From positions 20,652 to 58,434 of the forward strand of contig PXPD01000015.1 of NCBI GenBank assembly GCA_003009815.1: 37,783 nucleotides of DNA. The letters run 5' to 3'. Positions 9,406 through 16,671 of the stretch are shown in pieces (within the stretch, counting starts at the first letter, position 1; each line of letters opens with the position of its first letter). A program made the position numbers and the translations under genes. The notes under the pieces were generated by a model, which worked only from the letters and a program-made list of their open reading frames with translations, was not told where the DNA came from and searched no databases. This DNA comes from Nanohaloarchaea archaeon SW_4_43_9 (GTDB lineage: Archaea > Nanohalarchaeota > Nanosalinia > Nanosalinales > Nanosalinaceae).

Positions 9406-10201
9406 CAAAATTATGCTTCTAGCAGCTGTAGTTACTGTATCTGGCTGCACGCATATGACCGGGCCTCTGACGCCTCCAAGCGGTCCTTCAGGTTCAGGAT
9501 TACAGGTTGAAACTCTTGATATCTCAGACAGTACTGTAAGCCCCGGTCAGACAGCTTTAATCACTTTAAAGCTTAAAAATTATCACAGACAGGAGATAGC
9601 CATAGAAGATATCTCTCTCTACAATACGGGTGTACTGGAGACGGAAAAACAGGGATGCAACCCTCCTCCCTCCCGTCTTGAGACAGCTAGAAAAGATTAT
9701 ATCCCGGAGATGCGGTGTCGCTGGACAGTACAGGTTCCTGAAAAAGAGATTGAAAATTTTAACTCTAAGACGGTTCCGGTTAAACTCAATCTCGCCTATC
9801 AGTCACAACTATCTAACTCTGACAAACCTATTAAGGTGCATTTTCAGCCTTTAGAAGATATAGAGCAAAAAAACGAGGTGAGGGAAACTTATTCGAACAA
9901 GGAGGTAAGCCTTCAAATTGAAACTGGAAGCCCAATACAGTTTGAAGGCAGTACAGTAAAAATTACAGCGAGTAATGATGGCAATGGAAGAGTAGATTCG
10001 GATTATAGCTTTGATTATTCGCCTTCAACCGTTTTCCCTGATTGTCCGCAGCAGAAAGAACCTTTGATCGAGCAGGAAGTCCAGTTTGCCTGCAGTATAG
10101 ATCCTCAGACAGATTCTAGTCTTACCCGGAACCTCATAGTTTCCACATCTTATAAATACGTGAAAGAGCCAACACTTGATGTCGAGGTTGTCAACCGCTA
10201 A
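9398..10201 (+). CDS. predicted lipoprotein, paralogue 2
   Basis: GTG start preceded by AAGGTGGAG. Lipobox VSGC. LQVETLDISDSTVSPGQTALITLKLKN is CARDB-like. The C-terminus carries TSYKYVKEPT. Four additional Cys occur in the same order as in paralogue 1. It overlaps the upstream gene by 8 nt. Confidence 0.65.
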   Translation: MDNKIMLLAAVVTVSGCTHMTGPLTPPSGPSGSGLQVETLDISDSTVSPGQTALITLKLKNYHRQEIAIEDISLYNTGVLETEKQGCNPPPSRLETARKDYIPEMRCRWTVQVPEKEIENFNSKTVPVKLNLAYQSQLSNSDKPIKVHFQPLEDIEQKNEVRETYSNKEVSLQIETGSPIQFEGSTVKITASNDGNGRVDSDYSFDYSPSTVFPDCPQQKEPLIEQEVQFACSIDPQTDSSLTRNLIVSTSYKYVKEPTLDVEVVNR

Positions 10202-11133
10202 TGATGGAGAATAGGGAAATACTGGTTTTGTTGGCGCTTGTAGTCGTGGCTTCAGGCTGTTCACATACAGCTTCGCCATCTACATCCACTAGTAGTGTAA
10301 CGATTCAAAACTTCTCAGCTTTTCCAAGCGATGTTTTAAGTGAGCAACAGGTTCGTTTAAGCCTTACACTGAAGAACAACGGAGACGCAGACGCTGAAGA
10401 TGTCCAGGCAAGACTATTCAATGTTCCATTCAGCGGCGAGAGAAACTGGAAATTAGATGGTGAGAGAACGATCACATTTGGAACACTTCAATCTGCTGAT
10501 GAGGAAAGAAATCTTCCTGCCAGAGAATCAACAAAATACTGGTCACTGAACTCTCCTAATCTTGAGGAGGGCGCCACGATACCTTACCGGTTTATTACTA
10601 GAGTATACTACAAATACCAGACAACAGGCACCACCAGTGTCACTCTTATGGGTCAGCGAAGATATAGACAGCAAGGAAATCCTGAAAGGCCAACCCTTGA
10701 TACAACAAGCGGCCCTATCCAGATGGAAATCAGAACGCGTTCACCCATAGTATTCTATCCTGAAGACGATTCAAGCAGGACAACAGAGATGTGTGTCATT
10801 GTAACTAATGAGGGAACAGGAACACCATTTATCCATGATCAGGCTTATGATGGTAACCAGTATAATATGGAGAGAGAAAACTCTAACAAGGTCAAACTGC
10901 GTGTGAAAAACCAGGGCAACACTGATTTCTCAGCATCAAGTGATAACTCTCAAACTGTTTTAGTCGATATGTTAGGGAATAGAGGTATTGGATGTTTCAG
11001 TATTGATGTCAGAAACTGGAACAGTAATGTAGGACCTCAACAGGATGTACCTGTACTTATCGAGGCGGATTACGGTTACGTTAAAGAGACTTCATCATCT
11101 GCAACTGTCAGCGGAACAGATAGGTTTCGATAG
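10201..11133 (+). CDS. predicted lipoprotein, paralogue 3
   Basis: The start overlaps the upstream stop (TAATG). Lipobox ASGC. VTIQNFSAFPSDVLSEQQVRLSLTLKNNGD is CARDB-like. The C-terminus carries ADYGYVKETS. Confidence 0.65.
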   Translation: MMENREILVLLALVVVASGCSHTASPSTSTSSVTIQNFSAFPSDVLSEQQVRLSLTLKNNGDADAEDVQARLFNVPFSGERNWKLDGERTITFGTLQSADEERNLPARESTKYWSLNSPNLEEGATIPYRFITRVYYKYQTTGTTSVTLMGQRRYRQQGNPERPTLDTTSGPIQMEIRTRSPIVFYPEDDSSRTTEMCVIVTNEGTGTPFIHDQAYDGNQYNMERENSNKVKLRVKNQGNTDFSASSDNSQTVLVDMLGNRGIGCFSIDVRNWNSNVGPQQDVPVLIEADYGYVKETSSSATVSGTDRFR

Positions 11134-11145
11134 AAAAAAGAAAAG

Positions 11146-12657
11146 TTAGAAGAAGAACAGGACTGCAGCTGTGATTGCTGCACCTGCTGTTACTGCAACT
11201 CCTACTTTCCCTGCTTCTCCTTCTAGGTTTGGAGAAGGAACTTGATCGAAGAAGCCTCCGGTCACTTCGTTTCTCTCATCTTTGATTGATTCCTCAACGT
11301 CTTTTTCGATCAACAGCTTGACTTTCTTACTTTTCTCAATTTCAGTTCCCTTAGCTTTTGCTGTGATCTTGACTTCTCCCTTCTTCTGGAATGGAACTCC
11401 TGCGTAGATATAGGCTGTTTCTGTTTCTCCTGCTGCTACTGTTACTTCCTCTGGTTTAACTGAGATCCATTCAGGTCCTTCCTTTGAGAGTTCGTAGGTG
11501 TTCTCTCTTGTTCCTGTGTTGTTCAGCCTTATCTTGTAGATTGCGCTTCTATTCTCTCCTGCGCTTGCTACTTCCGGAATGACCTGCATATCTAGATCCC
11601 AGCAGTTCTCTACTGTCAGTGTTGATGCTGATGATTTTACAGGTTCTCCGAATGTTGTTGCTGTGGATGTAAGTCTGACCTCATGTTCTCCTACTCCGAG
11701 GTCGCCGGATGTGTCTACTTCAACTTCCTGGCTTTCTCCGGGCGCAAGCTCTACTTCTGATGTCTGGAGGTCTCCTGTGCTTGCTTCTAGATTGAACGAC
11801 TCCAGTGCTTCTCCCGTGTTTTCAACTTCTGCTGTGAATGTCGTTGATTCATCTTCACAGATGGTTCTCGCCTCATTCTCTAGATTGATCTCTGAGTTCA
11901 TTCCATTGTATGAATCGAGGGTTACTGTGTTCGAACTCTCGGAGTTGCCTGCGGCTGAGACTGTGATCTCTCGTGATCCCAGTTCTCCAGGTCTTACAAC
12001 CAGTGTCGTTGATCTGGTTGCTCCTGCTGGAACATCTAACGATGTCTTGAGGAGCTTTCCTTCTGTTGTCTCGAGTGTGAACTCATCTGCCTTGGTTCCG
12101 AGGTTCCTGGCAGTTACTTCGTACTCTGTCTTGGTTCCTGCTGCTGTCTCCTGGCTTTCAGGTGTTACTGATACTTCAGAGTTCCAGCATTCCTCTGCGT
12201 TGAACTGTACGTTCTGAATGTCCTGTGCGTAGCTTGTCTTTGATGCGGTTACCACCTGGAAGTTCCTCTCTACAGGTGTATCTGAGGACATTTCAAGTGT
12301 AAGTTCCGCTGTCTCTCCGTCTTCAAGATTGACAGAGTTTCTTGAGAGCTGTCCGAAGTCGGAAGTAACTGAGAACTCTTCAGGCTGGATACCTGTGTTC
12401 TCTACCTCGACTGTGTAGACAGCTTTCTGTCCCAGGCATACTGTCTTTGATTCTTCGGCATTGACTTCTACCTGATGATCCTTGATAACTTCTACGGTAC
12501 CTGTCTCCGAGAATCTGTCTCCGCTTGCTCTTGATTCTGCGGTCAACTGGAATGTATATGTTCCCTCATCTCTATCGGTTCTGGGGTTGAACCAGACGTT
12601 TACTGTCTCCGATTCTCCAGGTTCTAGCTCCGTTTTCTGCGGTGCGATTGTTCGACT
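11146..12657 (-). CDS. surface protein, main fragment: tandem Ig/CARDB-like repeats with a C-terminal hydrophobic anchor; frame-disrupted relative to its signal-peptide exon
   Basis: The frame is open from 12657, well upstream of the track's TTG at 12546. Repeats follow the pattern ...V.V.P....L.PGES..V.V..N.G (for example TIAPQKTELEPGESETVNVWF). The C-terminus is GKVGVAVTAGAAITAAVLFFF. Confidence 0.75.
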   Translation of the reverse strand, partial: SRTIAPQKTELEPGESETVNVWFNPRTDRDEGTYTFQLTAESRASGDRFSETGTVEVIKDHQVEVNAEESKTVCLGQKAVYTVEVENTGIQPEEFSVTSDFGQLSRNSVNLEDGETAELTLEMSSDTPVERNFQVVTASKTSYAQDIQNVQFNAEECWNSEVSVTPESQETAAGTKTEYEVTARNLGTKADEFTLETTEGKLLKTSLDVPAGATRSTTLVVRPGELGSREITVSAAGNSESSNTVTLDSYNGMNSEINLENEARTICEDESTTFTAEVENTGEALESFNLEASTGDLQTSEVELAPGESQEVEVDTSGDLGVGEHEVRLTSTATTFGEPVKSSASTLTVENCWDLDMQVIPEVASAGENRSAIYKIRLNNTGTRENTYELSKEGPEWISVKPEEVTVAAGETETAYIYAGVPFQKKGEVKITAKAKGTEIEKSKKVKLLIEKDVEESIKDERNEVTGGFFDQVPSPNLEGEAGKVGVAVTAGAAITAAVLFFF

Positions 12658-12800
12658 TCAAGCTCGTACGATGTAAAAGAGTCAATTCGTGCGCTTGAGC
12701 TTTCTGGGAACAGGTTTAGGGCTGCAGGACTTGCTGAAACTAGTCCTGTTACCAAAACTAATGTTGCTGTAAGTAGTCCGAGTTTGTTGTGGAAATTCAT
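12624..12800 (-). CDS. signal-peptide fragment (58 codons) of the same surface-protein gene, in a different frame
   Basis: ATG at 12800 preceded by AGGTGA. The peptide MNFHNKLGLLTATLVLVTGLVSASPAA... is a typical Sec signal. The frame ends at a TAG (12626..12624), after the downstream frame has already opened at 12657. Confidence 0.7.
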   Translation of the reverse strand: MNFHNKLGLLTATLVLVTGLVSASPAALNLFPESSSARIDSFTSYELEVEQSHRRKRS

Positions 12801-12847
12801 GGTTTAATTGTCACCTAGTAATAACACTTCAGTTAATTTTTAAATAT
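12801..12847 (-). promoter_or_regulatory. promoter plus 5' leader: TATA-like ATTTAAAAA, 10-mer GTGTTATTAC, SD-containing leader AGGTGACAATTAA
   Basis: On the plus strand, TTAATTGTCACCT (12804-12816) is 13/13 identical to 16577-16589. GTAATAACAC (12818-12827) is the reverse complement of 16593-16602. The TATA-like run is at 12837-12845. Confidence 0.5.
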
Positions 12848-12873
12848 CGGTCGGTAGTCAACTATGTTTACCA

Positions 12874-15801
12874 CTATAGAAAGACATTTTTCAGCCTTTC
12901 ATATAGCGATAGCTTTCTCTGGTTTTTGGTTCCCCCTACTTCTACCGGCACTCTTTCGGTATGGACGATTTCTGAGTCGCTGGTAATGGTAACCCGTGGA
13001 TTGAATTCTCCCTCTTCTCTCGGTGTGAGATAGAAGAAGACTTCTCTTTCCTCTCCTGGCTGGAGGATAACTTCTTTCTCCGTTGTTGAAGTCCAGGTGC
13101 TTGGAAGACCTTTTATACCGACAAAGTACTTCGTCCGGACATCGTTATTGTTGTAGATAGTTGCCTTCACAATACCTCTACCTGATTCAACCGATGCAAT
13201 CTGTCCAGGGAAGCTTGAAGCCTCTGGCTTCGCCTCATGAACCTCTACTTCCCTCTCAGCAGAGCTTCTTTCACCTCTTGCTAATCCAACTATCTTGTAG
13301 TTGACCTCGCCTTTCTTTCTGGCTACTGTGTCGAAACATACAGTACCTCTATCAGTTGTTGACTCAACTATCTCTCCATCAACTACAAGAAGTACTGCAG
13401 GGATTTTCTGTGAGTTGACATCTGCACAGACTTCTATCTTATCGCCCTGGAATACTGTCTCAGGTGTCTCCATGTTACCAACCGTTACTGTTGGAAGAAC
13501 AGTAAGCTTTCTTGTTGCTCTATACTGATCAGTTTTCGCAGTTAGTTCGAAATCACCTGTTCTCTCCGGGTAGATGAATGTCGAGTAGTAACCATCAGGT
13601 TCTGTTGATACCTGCTTGAGCTCTCTGTTGTTCATCTCTATCTCAACGTTTTCTCTTCCTTGAGCGTTTTCAACGTATCCTGAGATCTTGACAGATTTAC
13701 CTGCTCTCACCCTGTCAGGAACGACTTTCATTGAAATACCTGATTCTTCTTCATCCTCTACTGCTTCACAGTCAAGCACCTCTATACTGTCTCTTATGGC
13801 ATCGCTGTTTCCGCCGACTGTTTTGATTGTGAACTCCTTTGTTCCAGGTGATGTTGGTGTGAATGTTACAGTAGCTTCCTCACTTTCTCCTTCTTCAAGC
13901 AAGGTGCTGTAGCTGTTGACGTCTCCCGGTCCTTCACCTTTTATTATCGTTAGTCTTTCCCTATCTCCGATGTTCTCTGCGGTGAAAGTTACATCGAAGC
14001 TTTCACCAGAACAGATATTCTCCGGTGTGTCAATGTTGCTGAATGAAACCCTACTTTTTGCTCTTACAGTATAACTACCCTGTGCAGTATCTGTGTTCCC
14101 GTCGTTATCCGTAACTCTTACCCTGGCTGTTCGTTGGGTCTCTTCGAAGAACTTTTCCTTTACCTCCGAATCATCGCTGGTTATCTCATAGTCGCCGTCT
14201 CCATCAAGGTCGAACTCATATTCTTCAATTCTTCCATCAAGGTCTTTTGAACCTCCTGCATCAAACTCTATTTCTTCATTCACATCCGCGTTTTTAGGAT
14301 TTATATCAAGTCTTGCGACCGGTTTTTGATCTCCGGTTACTTTGTTGAAAGTCGAGGATCTCTCGAAGAATCCTGAACCACAAGGATCGCCCGTTGTTCT
14401 GACTTCTGCCCTGACATCAGTCACTTTTTCCGCTGTAAAGCTATCGCTGAACTTTCTCTCAGCTCCTGTTCCTAAAGTGACATCAGAATCCGAGACTTTT
14501 CTGTTATCTGCAAAAAGCTGGACATTTACTTCTTGAGGTTCTCCTGTGTTTGTAACTGTAAGTGAAGCCTCAGCCTCGTCATCGGTTTTATCTGTATCGC
14601 TAAAACTGATACCTCCTATATTAACTCTGCACTGTTTCTCTTCTCGTACATTAAGGGCTACGGATGCGGTATCGCTGTTACCATTGGTATCTGTAACTCT
14701 CAGCCATACCTGCTCGTTACCCTCTGAATTGAAACTTTTGAATACCGATCTACCGAATCTACTGGTGGAGTCACTAAACTCCCATTTGTATTCTTTAATA
14801 TTTCCTTCACTTCTTGAACCATCAAACCTGACTGATTCTCCAACGAAAGGATTGTTGTTTGAAACCGATATTACTGCGTTGACATCTTCTGGTTCCTCCT
14901 GGCCACCGTCTCCATTATCTCCGTCATCAGTTTCATTCTGCTCTCTGACACTAACTGTTGCTCTGTCTGTATCGCTTTTTCCTGCTGTATCTGTAACAGT
15001 CAGTGTTGCTTGTTTCTCTCCTGGCGAATCGAATGATCTGGATACAGCTCTATCAAAACTTGTTTTTCCGTCTTCGAAGTTCCACTTGTATTCTTTTATC
15101 GGGGAGTCTCCTTCCTGACTGTCAAAGGCATCGAAGCTAACACTCTGACCTATCTTTACTGAAGAATCTGAAACTGTTATATCTGCAGTAGGTCCTTCTG
15201 CTTCTTCAGGCGGTTCTGATTTCTTTTCTTTTTCAAGTTCGAAACCCCTTTCTTCTTTATCCAGTTCTACGTATACGAATTGATCTGTTCTATCTTTGTA
15301 TGTATCATCTTCTATATTTATGTAGTAACCTTTGTCTTTCTCCAGTTCGAATTGGGCTGTTGATGTTCCCGTCTTACACCCGTTATTTTGGACACAAATA
15401 GAATCTGCTACCACTCTACTGCCTTCTTGGTCTCTTGTGATTACTTTGAGTGTTGACTTGTCTGCACTATCATCTGAACTATCACCTGAATTATCATCTG
15501 CACTTTCAGTTTGCTCAAGTTCTAAGCTAGCATATTCATGATTCTCTTCAAGATAAACGAACCTTGTTCGATCTTCGTATTTAGGATCTGAAATTTCTAC
15601 GTCATAACCTTGGCCTTTTTCCAATGCGAATCGGTATTGATCTTCATTCTCAACACATTCATGACCAGCTATACACATTTCGGCCACATTAACTCTTTCG
15701 CCTGTAGTGTCTTGAGTTATAACTTCTAAAGTAGCTCCTGATACAGAGGCAAAAATGAATATGAGGAATATTGGTAAAACTAATTTTTTCTGAGATTTCA
15801 T
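12874..15801 (-). CDS. large secreted surface protein: 2 N-terminal ~90-aa repeats, 3 PKD domains, then CARDB/Ig-like domains
   Basis: Signal peptide MKSQKKLVLPIFLIFIFASVSGA. PKD signatures are KEYKWNFEDGKT...ATLTVTDTAGKSDT, KEYKWEFSDSTS...LRVTDTNGNSDT and EEYEFDLDGDGDY...VRVTDNDGNTDT. The duplicated N-terminal modules are TLEVITQDTTGERV... and TLKVITRDQEGSRV.... There is no C-terminal anchor. Confidence 0.8.
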   Translation of the reverse strand: MKSQKKLVLPIFLIFIFASVSGATLEVITQDTTGERVNVAEMCIAGHECVENEDQYRFALEKGQGYDVEISDPKYEDRTRFVYLEENHEYASLELEQTESADDNSGDSSDDSADKSTLKVITRDQEGSRVVADSICVQNNGCKTGTSTAQFELEKDKGYYINIEDDTYKDRTDQFVYVELDKEERGFELEKEKKSEPPEEAEGPTADITVSDSSVKIGQSVSFDAFDSQEGDSPIKEYKWNFEDGKTSFDRAVSRSFDSPGEKQATLTVTDTAGKSDTDRATVSVREQNETDDGDNGDGGQEEPEDVNAVISVSNNNPFVGESVRFDGSRSEGNIKEYKWEFSDSTSRFGRSVFKSFNSEGNEQVWLRVTDTNGNSDTASVALNVREEKQCRVNIGGISFSDTDKTDDEAEASLTVTNTGEPQEVNVQLFADNRKVSDSDVTLGTGAERKFSDSFTAEKVTDVRAEVRTTGDPCGSGFFERSSTFNKVTGDQKPVARLDINPKNADVNEEIEFDAGGSKDLDGRIEEYEFDLDGDGDYEITSDDSEVKEKFFEETQRTARVRVTDNDGNTDTAQGSYTVRAKSRVSFSNIDTPENICSGESFDVTFTAENIGDRERLTIIKGEGPGDVNSYSTLLEEGESEEATVTFTPTSPGTKEFTIKTVGGNSDAIRDSIEVLDCEAVEDEEESGISMKVVPDRVRAGKSVKISGYVENAQGRENVEIEMNNRELKQVSTEPDGYYSTFIYPERTGDFELTAKTDQYRATRKLTVLPTVTVGNMETPETVFQGDKIEVCADVNSQKIPAVLLVVDGEIVESTTDRGTVCFDTVARKKGEVNYKIVGLARGERSSAEREVEVHEAKPEASSFPGQIASVESGRGIVKATIYNNNDVRTKYFVGIKGLPSTWTSTTEKEVILQPGEEREVFFYLTPREEGEFNPRVTITSDSEIVHTERVPVEVGGTKNQRKLSLYERLKNVFL

Positions 15802-16373
15802 TGTTTCTCCTCCCTTAGAAGTTCGTAAGTATCGCTACCTATCTCAGTGTATTCATTTGGAGATGTTTTTGCAACAAAATCATCTGTTTGCTCTTTGTAT
15901 TCCACAGTCACTATATCTCCATCCAGAGCAATGATTTCTTCAAGTTGTCCAAAATAATCTTGATGTTCTTGCTGTATTTCTCTGAGCGCAGGATCTGTGT
16001 AATGTAGATTAGGATACCCGATATCGGTTGGCGTATCTGTCTCGGTTCTCGTAGATGTTCGTTCATAATCATTTCTTGGTGTTTTGGTAGGTGTTTGTTC
16101 ATTACCAACATCACTTGAGGAGGGTTGTCTACTTCCTTCAATATCCTTTCCACTTTGATCCCATAGTCCATAAAGAATGCCTCCGCCCGCTGCTGTTCCT
16201 CCTAAAACACCGGCTAATACAGCTCTTCTGTTTGCCTGGATTATTCCTTCATCCTGTTTCTTTTCGTGATCTAGTTCAGCATCCTTTCTTTCTCTATAAG
16301 CTTCTTCTCTTTCATCTGCTGGGCTTGGTTCTAGTTCAGAGTCTATCGAATCCCATTTTTCATCTTCTGTCAT
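15798..16373 (-). CDS. single-pass membrane protein: acidic N-terminal ~45 aa, RR-containing hydrophobic segment, Thr/Pro-rich linker, small C-terminal domain
   Basis: NRRAVLAGVLGGTAAGGGILYGLW is Tat-signal-like or a TM anchor. There are 4-nt overlaps with both neighbours, indicating translational coupling. Confidence 0.55.
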   Translation of the reverse strand: MTEDEKWDSIDSELEPSPADEREEAYRERKDAELDHEKKQDEGIIQANRRAVLAGVLGGTAAGGGILYGLWDQSGKDIEGSRQPSSSDVGNEQTPTKTPRNDYERTSTRTETDTPTDIGYPNLHYTDPALREIQQEHQDYFGQLEEIIALDGDIVTVEYKEQTDDFVAKTSPNEYTEIGSDTYELLREEKQ

Positions 16374-16576
16374 TTGTACGAGTACACCTCACTGTCAAGG
16401 TATAGTTCGTCTCTTTTGTCATCGTACTGTATTACATTGCTCCTATCTGCTTCTATACTTTCTTCTCTGGTTAAATCTCTAGGACTCTCTGCCTCTCCTT
16501 CGAGTATTTTAACTGCTGTGGTGTGTTCGTCTGGGCTGAGTGCTTTTTCCCTTATTTTATCTTTAATTGTTGTCAT
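16370..16576 (-). CDS. small acidic soluble protein (68 aa), first gene of the surface-protein operon
   Basis: ATG preceded by AAGGTGACAATTAA. It overlaps the next gene by 4 nt. The antisense 68-aa ORF is Ser/Leu-rich and unlikely to be coding. Confidence 0.5.
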   Translation of the reverse strand: MTTIKDKIREKALSPDEHTTAVKILEGEAESPRDLTREESIEADRSNVIQYDDKRDELYLDSEVYSYK

Positions 16577-16623
16577 TTAATTGTCACCTTATGTGTTATT
16601 ACTGTTAAGTAACACTTTTAAAT
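16577..16623 (-). promoter_or_regulatory. promoter plus 5' leader, a paralogue of 12801-12847
   Basis: TTAATTGTCACCT at 16577-16589. GTGTTATTAC at 16593-16602 with an imperfect inverted partner GTAACAC at 16609-16615. TATA-like TTTTAAAT at 16616-16623 (plus-strand spelling). Confidence 0.5.
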
Positions 16624-16652
16624 GTTTTGATATTTATCCCTGTAATTCTGTT

Positions 16653-16657
16653 AAAAA
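16653..16657 (-). terminator. oligo-T tract (T5 on minus strand) downstream of the 499-aa gene
   Basis: AAAAA on the plus strand lies 15-19 nt beyond the stop at 16672. Archaeal termination commonly uses oligo-T. Confidence 0.3.
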
Positions 16658-16671
16658 CTCCTTGTCCGTTG

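Noticed and set aside
11146-11220. C-terminal anchor of the surface protein as a PGF-CTERM/archaeosortase signal.
   Set aside because: There is no PGF tripeptide and no basic tail after the hydrophobic stretch (it ends ...AAVLFFF). I treat it as a plain C-terminal TM anchor.
11579-12217. Long antisense ORFs inside the surface-protein genes (11579-12217; also 13301-13528, 14546-15118, 15332-15541, and similar ones opposite other acidic genes).
   Set aside because: They are Ser/Val/Leu-rich with no start context. This is what the reverse complement of GAN-rich (Asp/Glu) coding sequence produces, and the sense frames have clear domain signatures.
12627-12640. Programmed -1 ribosomal frameshift at AGAAAAC in the surface-protein gene.
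   Set aside because: The sequence is not a canonical X-XXY-YYZ slippery heptamer. Repeat-like protein sequence already starts upstream of it in the second frame, so the shift point is probably nearer 12648-12657. An error or a mutation is the more economical explanation.
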